Origin: Deltaproteobacteria bacterium | Lineage (GTDB): Bacteria > Desulfobacterota > RBG-13-43-22 | Length of the DNA: 58,878 nt | Assembly: GCA_016219065.1 (NCBI GenBank) | Contig: JACRCK010000092.1 | Coordinates: 1-58,878, forward strand | Direction: 5' to 3' | Shown: positions 8,936 to 17,927 of the stretch, piece after piece | Layout: each line of letters begins with the position of its first letter | How positions within the stretch are numbered: the first letter of the stretch is position 1 | Translations under genes and position numbers: made by a program | Notes under the pieces: model-generated | The model's input: the letters and a program-made list of their open reading frames with translations, nothing else | Told to the model about the DNA's origin: nothing | Databases searched by the model: none

Positions 8936-11428
8936 TCAGCGGGTCCTGACCTTGGCCAATTCCGCTTGCACCGCCAGCCCGAGTTCCTGCATCCGGTAGG
9001 GTTTTTGCAAATATGGGCCGGAACTTAACCGCTGGGCTTCCTTGACCCGATCGGTTTCCGAGAAGCCGCTCACCAGGATCGTTCTTTGATCGGGATGGAG
9101 GCGCAGGATTTCCTTGAGCGTATCCAGTCCGTCCATTCCCGGCTCCATGATCATGTCCAGCAGCACCAGATCCACCGCTCGGCTTTGCAAATATTCGACG
9201 GCCTCTTCGCCGCTGCCGACGCCCACCGGGAGGTAACCCAATTCCTTAAGCAGGCGGAAGGCGATCTCCCGCTGTTCCTTCAGGTCGTCGACCACCAGAA
9301 TGCTCTCCCCCTGCCCCCGGTATTTGGCCAGGGGGATTAGCGGTTGGACGTCTTCCATCCTGATGCTGGTGGCGGGCAGATAAATGGTTATGGTCGTCCC
9401 CCGGCCCACCTCGCTTTGCAGGTCGACATATCCTTTATGGTCTTTCACGGTGCCCCAGACTACGGCCATCCCCAATCCCGATCCGCTCCGGCCCATGACC
9501 TTTTTGGTATAGAAGGGCTCGAAGATCCGGGAGATATCCTCGGGCGCGATGCCGATCCCCTGATCGGTAACGGACAAGGTGGCGTATTCCCCCTCTGCCA
9601 CCCGCTCGTAACCCGTGAGAGGCCGATCCAGCACCCGGTTTTCGGTGGTCAGGGTGACGGTCCCCCCTTCGGGCATGGCTTCCGCGGCGTTGTTGAGGAG
9701 ATTCATGATCATTTTAGACAGGTGGACCGGAGAGCCGAGCAGGTTCCGGAGATCCGGGGATAAACGGGTCTTAATTTCCACCCGGGGATGATATAACGCC
9801 AACCCTTCAAATTCGGGACTCTGCAGATAATCCTGGACGACCCGGTTCAGATTCACCACCCCGTGCTGGGGGACGCCCCGGCGGGCCAGGGTCAACAGGT
9901 CCTGCACGATGGCCGCAGCCTTCAAACCGGAGGCCTGAATGGTCAGGATGGAATCCCTGATCGGGTCGTCCGGGGGAATTTCCAGCAAAAGCAGTTCGGG
10001 GTAACTGACCAGTCCGCTCAGGATATTGTTCAGATCGTGCGCCACGCCCCCGGCCAGATTGCCGATGGCCTCCATTTTTTCAACCACCCGCAGGCGCTGT
10101 TCCAGCTTTTTGCTGTCCGTTATATCCCGCAACAAAACCAATATCCCGGACGGCCGCCCTGCGTGATCGAGAAAACGGGAACTGCTGATGCTGACATCCA
10201 AAAGCCGGTGATCCTTGGTATAGCGCTGGCTCTCAAACCCCTGACAGGGAAGGCCCTTTTCCACAACGGAGCGAAGTACGGCGTTCGTAGCCATCTCGTG
10301 GTCAGGCGGGACATAGGGGATTTTCCGCCCCCACAATTCTTCCAGGGTCCAGCCGAAAACCCGGGTAAAGGAAGGACTCAAATAGGTCACCCGGCCGTCC
10401 AGGTCGTAGGTGACGATGGCATCGGCCGAGGAATGGATCAGGGACCGGTAAACCGCTTCGGTTCGTTTGGCTTCTTCGTAGAGTTCCTTGTATTCCTCCC
10501 GGCTCCGCCGCAGGTCTTCCTCGGCCTGAAAGCGATCGGTGACGTCCTCGTAAAACATGATAATGGGTTCATTTTCCACTATGACGGCCTGGAAATGAAT
10601 CATCCGGTCCAATCCGTTCTTACAGCGGACGGTAAAGATTCGATCGGGATTTATTCCGTATTGGAGGGCTTCGGGAATATCTATTTTCCAAGCCGCCTGG
10701 ACGGATTTCCGGTAAGCGGGATCGGGGTAGGCCTTTTGAAACCAGGCTTCCCGGTCGGGAAGGTCGGCCTGGGTGTACCCGAAGATTTCGGTGAATTTGG
10801 AGTTTAAATATTCGAAGGACTGCTCCCGGGTCATAATGGAAATCCCGAAGGGGGCGTTTTCCACCAGTCCCCGGAAACGCTCCTCGCTGCTCACCAATTG
10901 CTGTTCAGCCTTTTTCCTTTCGGTAATGTTGCGGATGACGCACAAAACGTTTTGATCCGCCAGCGGCATGAACCGGGCTTCGAAATATAATTCCTCGCCG
11001 GTGATCCCGAGCGAATACTCCAGGCTCACCATGCCCCTGGTGGTCTGCACCTCCCGCAAGGCGGACTTAAATTCTTCCCCGAGCTGCGGCTCGGGTATGC
11101 TCTGGATCTTTTTCCCGATCACCAGCTCCCGAGGGAGATAGAGCTCGGAAGTACTGCCCCCCCGGCAATCTATAATCTTTCCCTCCCCGTCCACCCATAA
11201 AAAAAGATCGGGGAAGGCATTGAGAACGGCCCGCAGTTCCGTGTTGGCCTGGATCAGCTCCTGGGAGCGCAAGTCCAGGGAGTGTTCCAACTGGGCCCGG
11301 TCTTGGTCGAACTCCCCATAGGCTTCATTAATCCGCTCGATAAAAGTCCGCCAGACGGGGGGCAGATCGCCGGTGTCCCCGAAATGGCTTTTAAGCTGGC
11401 GTTCCAGGAGGCTATGAAGCGGCGCCAT
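8936..11428 (-). CDS. Multi-PAS hybrid sensor histidine kinase with C-terminal receiver domain
   Basis: Three PAS/PAC regions, H-box AHDLNN, N-box NAAEAM, G-boxes DQGIGI and GSGLG, REC domain LVLLDMIM. Confidence 0.95.
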   Translation of the reverse strand: MAPLHSLLERQLKSHFGDTGDLPPVWRTFIERINEAYGEFDQDRAQLEHSLDLRSQELIQANTELRAVLNAFPDLFLWVDGEGKIIDCRGGSTSELYLPRELVIGKKIQSIPEPQLGEEFKSALREVQTTRGMVSLEYSLGITGEELYFEARFMPLADQNVLCVIRNITERKKAEQQLVSSEERFRGLVENAPFGISIMTREQSFEYLNSKFTEIFGYTQADLPDREAWFQKAYPDPAYRKSVQAAWKIDIPEALQYGINPDRIFTVRCKNGLDRMIHFQAVIVENEPIIMFYEDVTDRFQAEEDLRRSREEYKELYEEAKRTEAVYRSLIHSSADAIVTYDLDGRVTYLSPSFTRVFGWTLEELWGRKIPYVPPDHEMATNAVLRSVVEKGLPCQGFESQRYTKDHRLLDVSISSSRFLDHAGRPSGILVLLRDITDSKKLEQRLRVVEKMEAIGNLAGGVAHDLNNILSGLVSYPELLLLEIPPDDPIRDSILTIQASGLKAAAIVQDLLTLARRGVPQHGVVNLNRVVQDYLQSPEFEGLALYHPRVEIKTRLSPDLRNLLGSPVHLSKMIMNLLNNAAEAMPEGGTVTLTTENRVLDRPLTGYERVAEGEYATLSVTDQGIGIAPEDISRIFEPFYTKKVMGRSGSGLGMAVVWGTVKDHKGYVDLQSEVGRGTTITIYLPATSIRMEDVQPLIPLAKYRGQGESILVVDDLKEQREIAFRLLKELGYLPVGVGSGEEAVEYLQSRAVDLVLLDMIMEPGMDGLDTLKEILRLHPDQRTILVSGFSETDRVKEAQRLSSGPYLQKPYRMQELGLAVQAELAKVRTR

Positions 11429-11851
11429 CGATCAGCTTTCTGTCAGGACGGTTATGGTCATCGTTAGCTAGGGTCCGAGACCCGGGTGGAAAAAATTTCC
11501 CCGGCGCCTCGGAAATGAAAAGGTTGTCTTTGATTCTAAAAGAAAACCGCGCGGAGGTCAAAATAATACCGTTTCCGGTAAGTCGGTGATCCTAGAGCTC
11601 CCTTCATCTACCGGCGGAGGATTTCCAGGCTTAATGAACCTGGCGGCTGCCGGCCTGGAAGTTTTCAGGGGCCCCGGCTCTCCGGCTTTTTATACGGGGC
11701 CAGCGGGAGTCCGAACCTTTTTCCCCTTTACTATCTCTGCCGACCCCATTATAATATTTGCTTAAGCGTCTTCGCTCCAATCCCTGTTCAGAGGACCTTC
11801 CGCCAAGACCGGTTTTTTTCAAATTACTATCGAGGAGGCACAGGACATTTT

Positions 11852-12913
11852 ATGCCCCACTCCATCATTACCGGGACCGGCAGCTATATCCCGACCCGGC
11901 GGGTAGCCAACAACGATTTTTTGAATCACGAGTTCTACGGCCCGGACGGGAAAAAACTGATCCGCCCGAACCCCGAGATCGTCGCCAAGCTGCAGGAAAT
12001 CACCTGCATCGAGGAGAGACGTTACGTGACCGACGACCTCAACACTTCGGACATCGCCTTTCTGGCGGCCGAAAAGGCCCTGGAGGGAGTGGACCGGGAA
12101 ACGTTGGATTACCTTATCGTCGGTCATAATTTCGGCGACGTGCGCGCGGATAATCCCCAGGGCGACCAGGTCCCCTCCATTGCCGCCCGGGTGAAGCATA
12201 AGCTGCGCATCAAAAATCCCTACACGGTCGCCTACGATGTCCCTTTCGGCTGTCCGGGGTGGCTGCACGCCCTGATCCTGGCCGACCACTATATCAAATC
12301 CGGCGGGGCCAAAAAAATTCTGGTCGTCGGGGCCGAGACCCTCTCCCGGGTTTCCGATCCCCACGACATGGACAGCATGATCTATTCCGACGGCGCCGGG
12401 GCGGCCCTGGTGGAGCCGACCGACCGGGAGGTCGGAATCCTTTCCCACGTCACCCGGTCGGATACGCTGGAGGAAGCCTATCTGTTGTGGTACGGTCCCT
12501 CCAACCATCCCAGCGCTTACGGGAACAGGATCTTCATCAAGATGCACGGCCATGAGATCTACAAATATGCCCTGAAACACGTGCCGGAAGTGGTCCAACG
12601 CTGTCTCGACCAGGCCGGGTTGACCTTGACCCAGGTCAACAAGGTCCTCATCCACCAGGCCAACCAGAAGATGGACGAGGCCATTCTGAAACGGTTGTTC
12701 AAGCTCTATGCTATTCAGGATATCCCCGCAGACATCATGCCCATGACGATTGGCTGGCTGGGCAATAGTTCGGTGGCTACCCTGCCGACCCTGCTGGACC
12801 TGATCCTGCGGGGCCAGGTGGAAAACCAGCGGCTCCATCCCGCTGACCTGGTGGTTTTTGCCTCGGTCGGCGCTGGCATGAACATCAACGCCCTGGCCTA
12901 CCGGATGCCTTAA
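11852..12913 (+). CDS. fabH: 3-oxoacyl-ACP synthase III family
   Basis: ITGTGSYIP start; catalytic C (FGCPG), H (HQAN) and N (GNSS); SVGAG. Confidence 0.88.
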   Translation: MPHSIITGTGSYIPTRRVANNDFLNHEFYGPDGKKLIRPNPEIVAKLQEITCIEERRYVTDDLNTSDIAFLAAEKALEGVDRETLDYLIVGHNFGDVRADNPQGDQVPSIAARVKHKLRIKNPYTVAYDVPFGCPGWLHALILADHYIKSGGAKKILVVGAETLSRVSDPHDMDSMIYSDGAGAALVEPTDREVGILSHVTRSDTLEEAYLLWYGPSNHPSAYGNRIFIKMHGHEIYKYALKHVPEVVQRCLDQAGLTLTQVNKVLIHQANQKMDEAILKRLFKLYAIQDIPADIMPMTIGWLGNSSVATLPTLLDLILRGQVENQRLHPADLVVFASVGAGMNINALAYRMP

Positions 12914-13116
12914 AAAGTCATTGGTCATTAAGTCATTCGGTCATTTTCAGGCATCGCGGGTGCCCCGCTCGTAACAGATGCCGGTTTTAATAACCCCGGC
13001 AGGGCCCCCTGTCTTCCCGTTAAAAATTAACAATTGATCATTGATTATTGTCTTTAGTGTTTTGTTTTATTCACCTGCTAATCAATCCGGCCTATCCGGA
13101 GGTCTGAAATCAGAAA

Positions 13117-15378
13117 ATGAACGAAGCTCATATCCTAAAAATCGCCCAGGAACTAAATCTTTCCTCACCACAGGTCAAAGCCGCTGCCGAACTGCTGGCC
13201 GGGGGGGCCACGATCCCCTTTATTGCCCGCTACCGCAAGGAAGCCACCGGCTCCCTGGATGAGGTGGCCGTCGCCGCCGTCCGGGACCGGCTGGAGCAAC
13301 TCCAGGAGTTGGATCAGCGGCGGGAGGCCATTTTCAAATCCCTGGAGGAACGGGGCCTGCTCATGGAAGACCTGCGGGACAAGATCCAGGCCGCCGGGAC
13401 CCTGGCCGTTCTGGAAGACCTCTATCTGCCCTTCCGGCCCAAACGCCGGACCCGGGCCACCATCGCCCGGGAGAAGGGACTGGAGCCCCTGGCCCGGGAC
13501 CTTTTCGAGCAGGGAGCGCTGGATCCCGACGCCGAGGCCGGAGCCTACGTCGACCCCGAAAAAGGGGTGGAATCGGTCGAACAGGCCCTGGCCGGGGCCC
13601 GCGACATCATCGCCGAATGGATCAGCGAGGATGAAACCGCCCGGGGCCGGATGCGTGAGACCTTTGCCTCCCAGGCGGTTTTCCGGTCTAAAATCATCGC
13701 CGGCAAGGAAGAGGAAGGGAGCAAGTACCGGGATTATTTCGACTGGGAAGAGCCCGTGACCAATGCTCCTTCGCACCGGATCCTGGCCCTGCGGCGGGGG
13801 GAAAAGGAGGGCTTTCTGATCCTGCGGGTCATCCCTCCCGAAGAGGGCGCCCTGGAGAATCTGGAACGACTCTTCCTCAAAGGGGAAGGACCGGCTTCCC
13901 GGCAGGTGCAATTGGCTATCCACGACGGGTACAAAAGACTCCTGGCGCCTTCCATGGAAACCGAGATCCGCCTGGAAACGAAAAAAAAGGCCGACGAGGA
14001 AGCCATCCGGGTCTTTGCCGAAAACCTCCGCCAACTCCTGCTCGCCCCGCCCCTGGGCGGTAAAAGGGTCCTGGCCATCGATCCCGGTTTCCGGACCGGG
14101 TGCAAGGTGGTCTGCCTCGACCCGCAAGGGAAGCTGCTCCACCACGAAACCATTTTTCTGTTGTCGGAAAAAAACGTCGCCCAAGCCACCGCCCGCATTC
14201 GGGAGTTGAGCGATCGTTTCGCCATTGAAGCCATCGCCATCGGCAACGGGACGGCCGGACGGGAAACCGAAACGTTCATCCGTGGTCTCGATCTGCCCCG
14301 GAGCCTGGCGGTGATCATGGTCAACGAGAGCGGCGCCTCCGTCTACTCGGCCTCCGAAGTCGCCCGGGAGGAATTCCCCGACCAGGACGTTACCGTTCGT
14401 GGGAGTGTCTCCATCGGTCGGAGACTGATGGACCCCCTGGCCGAGCTGGTCAAGATCGACCCCAAGTCCATCGGCGTCGGCCAGTACCAGCACGACGTGG
14501 ATCCGGGCGCCCTGAAACGCAGCCTGGACGACGTGGTGGAAAGCTGCGTCAACCGGGTGGGGGTGGAGGTCAACACGGCCAGCCGGCAGTTGCTGACCTA
14601 TGTCTCCGGGTTGGGGCCGCAACTGGCCAAAGGGATCGTAGACTACCGCAACACCCACGGGCCCTTCCATTCCCGGGAGGCGCTGAAGCAAGTGCCCCGC
14701 CTGGGACCCAAGGCCTTCGAACAGGCCGCCGGCTTTCTGCGCATTCGCGCCGGTGAGAACCCGCTGGACGGGAGCGCCGTTCATCCGGAGTCCTATCCCC
14801 TGGTCGATGCCATGGCCCGGGACCTGGGCTGCACGGTGGCCGATCTGCTCCGCGATGAAATCCTCCGCAGCCGGATCGACCTTACGCGCTACGTCTCGGA
14901 CCAGGCGGGGCTGCCCACCCTGCAGGACATCCAGGCCGAACTCTCCAAACCCGGACGGGATCCCCGGGAACGGTTCGAGGCCTTTCATTTCGCCGAAGGG
15001 GTAGTGAAGATCGAGGACGTCCGGCCCGGAATGAAGCTGCCCGGGGTGGTGACCAACCTGACCGCCTTCGGGGCCTTCGTGGACATCGGCGTCCATCAGG
15101 ACGGCCTGGTGCACGTGAGCGAAATAGCCGACCGTTTCGTGAAAAACCCGGCCGAAGTGGTCAAGGTCCAGCAGCAGGTGACGGTCAGGGTGTTGGAGGT
15201 GGATCTGGCGCGGAAGCGGATTTCCCTGTCCTTGAAGAGCGGCTCCCCTGCGGCAACGGCCGGTCCCCCGAAGAAAAATCCCCCCAAGCAGGAGCGGCGC
15301 CTGGAAAAAGAAGCCCCAAAGCAGGATAAATTTTTCAACAACCCCTTCGCCGCCGCTTTCGGAAAAAAACAAGCCTAA
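13117..15378 (+). CDS. tex: Tex family RNA-binding transcription accessory protein
   Basis: GATIPFIARYRKEATG, DPGFRTGCK, IDPKSIGVGQYQHDV motifs and a C-terminal S1 domain. Confidence 0.97.
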   Translation: MNEAHILKIAQELNLSSPQVKAAAELLAGGATIPFIARYRKEATGSLDEVAVAAVRDRLEQLQELDQRREAIFKSLEERGLLMEDLRDKIQAAGTLAVLEDLYLPFRPKRRTRATIAREKGLEPLARDLFEQGALDPDAEAGAYVDPEKGVESVEQALAGARDIIAEWISEDETARGRMRETFASQAVFRSKIIAGKEEEGSKYRDYFDWEEPVTNAPSHRILALRRGEKEGFLILRVIPPEEGALENLERLFLKGEGPASRQVQLAIHDGYKRLLAPSMETEIRLETKKKADEEAIRVFAENLRQLLLAPPLGGKRVLAIDPGFRTGCKVVCLDPQGKLLHHETIFLLSEKNVAQATARIRELSDRFAIEAIAIGNGTAGRETETFIRGLDLPRSLAVIMVNESGASVYSASEVAREEFPDQDVTVRGSVSIGRRLMDPLAELVKIDPKSIGVGQYQHDVDPGALKRSLDDVVESCVNRVGVEVNTASRQLLTYVSGLGPQLAKGIVDYRNTHGPFHSREALKQVPRLGPKAFEQAAGFLRIRAGENPLDGSAVHPESYPLVDAMARDLGCTVADLLRDEILRSRIDLTRYVSDQAGLPTLQDIQAELSKPGRDPRERFEAFHFAEGVVKIEDVRPGMKLPGVVTNLTAFGAFVDIGVHQDGLVHVSEIADRFVKNPAEVVKVQQQVTVRVLEVDLARKRISLSLKSGSPAATAGPPKKNPPKQERRLEKEAPKQDKFFNNPFAAAFGKKQA

Positions 15379-15405
15379 CCAAAAAAATTTGAAATTTTTT
15401 TGGTT
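15377..15405. terminator. AT-rich perfect hairpin at the tex stop
   Basis: AACCAAAAAAATTT-G-AAATTTTTTTGGTT between convergent genes. Confidence 0.5.
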
Positions 15406-15449
15406 GGAAAAAACCGCTGAACGAGAACCCAAGAGAACGTAGTTTTTTA

Positions 15450-15511
15450 TTTAGATTCTTACAGCCATTGTTAGAGACAAATTTTCAGAACAATGGCTGT
15501 AAGAATCTAAA
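15450..15511. repeat. 23-bp perfect inverted repeat with 16-nt spacer
   Basis: TTTAGATTCTTACAGCCATTGTT ... AACAATGGCTGTAAGAATCTAAA. Confidence 0.85.
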
Positions 15512-15582
15512 GAGGCCTCTCGGACAACCCGGCTGCGGCTTCCTAGGCTGGGTCAGGCAGCTCCGGTCGCAACTGGACCTAA

Positions 15583-16302
15583 TCAAGCGCCCTGGTCCAG
15601 ATCAAAAATCCTTTTCCCGGCCGCATAATCCTTGCTGGCATAGCGGGTGATCCGAGCCAGCTTTTCCGAAATTTTTTCCAAGCGTTTGACGTTTTCCAGG
15701 ACTGTCAGGGCGATATCCTGTTCCAGCCCGCCCCGGGGCAAGCGTTTGACCAACTGTTCCAGACCGGAGATGATCACGGTCAGGGGCTGGTTGATCTCGT
15801 GGCTGGCCCCGCCGGCCAGTTCCAGGATACCGCTCAGCTTTTCCTTCTCCCGCTCTTCCAGTTCCAAATTCTTTCTCAGGGTGATATCCCGGGAAAGGTG
15901 GACGACCCGGACGACCGTCCCGTTTGGCTCTTTCAAGGGGTAGGTCGTGATCTCAAAATATAGGATTTTTCCGTCTGGGCCGCTATGGGCATGCTCGACG
16001 TTGGCGGGCTTTCCGGAGGCCACGGTTTCCGCCAAAGGGCAGGGGCCATGTCCGGGCTCCTGGTGACAGGGCGCCTTCAACTGGTGGGTGATCTCATAAC
16101 ACTTTTTTCCCAGGACTTCGTTCCGGCTCAGACCGTAGGAATCCAAAAAGGCTTGGTTGACTTCGAGGATTTCATACGTCCTCGCCTCCAGCAGCAACAG
16201 GGAATCGGAAATTCCCTGGATGATGGCCTCCTGTTCCTCGAGCCGTCGGCGGAGACGCGCCACCGTTTCCGGACGGTCCTTTTCTTCCCGGGGCTTATTC
16301 AT
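15583..16302 (-). CDS. PAS plus HisKA phospho-acceptor protein without ATPase domain
   Basis: PAS with KCYEITH..PC..CP; H-box SHEINQPL; ends about 60 aa later with no N or G boxes. Confidence 0.85.
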   Translation of the reverse strand: MNKPREEKDRPETVARLRRRLEEQEAIIQGISDSLLLLEARTYEILEVNQAFLDSYGLSRNEVLGKKCYEITHQLKAPCHQEPGHGPCPLAETVASGKPANVEHAHSGPDGKILYFEITTYPLKEPNGTVVRVVHLSRDITLRKNLELEEREKEKLSGILELAGGASHEINQPLTVIISGLEQLVKRLPRGGLEQDIALTVLENVKRLEKISEKLARITRYASKDYAAGKRIFDLDQGA

Positions 16303-17755
16303 GCTCCAGGGAACGTCCCTTTCCGCCGATAACCGCCGCCAGTTCCCTAACCTGGTCTTTCATCGTCTCGGAGCGGGCGTACAGCTCCTCGGCGGCGGCG
16401 GACGATTCTTCCGCGCCGGCCGCATTTTTCTGCACCACCCGGTCCATCTCGTTCATCGCCTGCTTGATCTGATCGATAGCCCGGGACTGTTCATTCGAGG
16501 CCGCGGCTATTCCGGCCACCAGGATCCCCCCCTGCTTCGCCCGCTCGCCCACTTTTCGGAAAACTTCGTTGGTCCGGGCCATCAGCTCCGAGCCCTCGTT
16601 TACCTTATGGACGGTACCTTCGATAAGGTCGTAGGTGTTGCTGGCCGCCTCGGCCGCCTGCCGGGCAAGGTTTCGTACCGCGTCGGCGACCACGGCAAAG
16701 CCGGCCCCGGCCTCTCCGGCCCGGGCCGCCTCCACGGCGGCGTTGAGCGCCAGCAGATTGGTCTTAAAGGCGATTTCATCGATGGTTTTTATTATTTTTC
16801 CCGTATCCGCGCTGGCGGAGGAAATCTGGTCCATGGACTGGATCAGTTCCTTCATGGAGCGGTTGGCCTCTTTCAACACCTGTCCGGCTTCGATCATGAA
16901 ACGATTGGCCTGATCGGCGCTTTCGGCGTTCTGCCTGGTCGTGGCCGACATTTCCTCGATAGCCGCGGAGGTCTCTTCCAGGCCGGCGGCCTGTCGGGAG
17001 GCATCCTCCGCCAGGGACTGGCTGGCGCTGGAAACCTGCCCGGAAACCCCGGATACCGTTTGAATGCCCTCCCAGAGGGTCTGGCCGATATTCCCCATCC
17101 GCCGCAGGGCCGCCCGCAACGTCAATCCCAGCCCCAGGGCGAAAAGGATGGGCAGGGCCGTAACCAGGGCCACAACCACCATCCAACGATAAGCCCCGGT
17201 CTCGGCCTGGGCATAAGCCCGTTTGCGATATTCCGTCATTTGGTTATTGAGGTCGAGAATGATCGTTTTGTTCTTCCGCCACAAAGGCGTCTCCCGACTG
17301 TTCAGGATCTCGATGGCCTGGTCCTTCTGTCCGGCCTTGACCGTGGCGCTGATTTCCAGCAGGACCTTGATATCTTCCTGCTCCAGAGCGGCTATTTCCT
17401 GCACCTTGGTCGCCAGGCCGTTCTCCCCCGCCGCCCTGGTAACCTCGGCCAGACGCTGGCAGGCGGCGTTGAACTCCGCCGCCGCCGTTTCCAGATTTTT
17501 AAAAGCGGTCCCGTTGCCGGGGTCGAGGATAATGTTGCGGATGGCCTGGCCCTGTTGCAGACCCTGGCTGTAGATGTCCTTGACGCCGATGAGCATAGCT
17601 TCGGCCTGAGGCACCAGGTGGGTAACGACCCGATTTATTGTCCAAACCGCGTTGAGGGCCATTCCCGAGGCCAGGGCGGTAATCGCGCAGGTGATCAGGA
17701 TCCCCACCAGGGCCTTTTTCCTGATATTGGTTTTCAATATTTCCACCACAAACAC
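16295..17755 (-). CDS. Methyl-accepting chemotaxis protein
   Basis: Two TMs around a periplasmic domain; IDEIAFKTNLLALNAAVEAARAGEAGAGFAVVA signature. Confidence 0.95.
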   Translation of the reverse strand: MFVVEILKTNIRKKALVGILITCAITALASGMALNAVWTINRVVTHLVPQAEAMLIGVKDIYSQGLQQGQAIRNIILDPGNGTAFKNLETAAAEFNAACQRLAEVTRAAGENGLATKVQEIAALEQEDIKVLLEISATVKAGQKDQAIEILNSRETPLWRKNKTIILDLNNQMTEYRKRAYAQAETGAYRWMVVVALVTALPILFALGLGLTLRAALRRMGNIGQTLWEGIQTVSGVSGQVSSASQSLAEDASRQAAGLEETSAAIEEMSATTRQNAESADQANRFMIEAGQVLKEANRSMKELIQSMDQISSASADTGKIIKTIDEIAFKTNLLALNAAVEAARAGEAGAGFAVVADAVRNLARQAAEAASNTYDLIEGTVHKVNEGSELMARTNEVFRKVGERAKQGGILVAGIAAASNEQSRAIDQIKQAMNEMDRVVQKNAAGAEESSAAAEELYARSETMKDQVRELAAVIGGKGRSLEHE

Positions 17756-17927
17756 CTCCAGGACGCTACCGGCGGATTACGCCCCGATAAAAAGTAAGGA
17801 AGATAAATATTTTTATCAGCTCCCAAAAGATAATCGGCAATTGCGGAAAAAACTTAACGCTGGAGTTTTTTCATTCCCTGTGGATAATTGAAAAGACAGT
17901 CTCTATAAAGGTTCGCTGCCAACGATT

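Noticed and set aside
13165..15432. 755-aa antisense ORF (likewise 16157-17797, 38729-39985, 42651-44354 and many shorter ones)
   Set aside because: Shadows of real GC-rich genes on the opposite strand, with no motifs.
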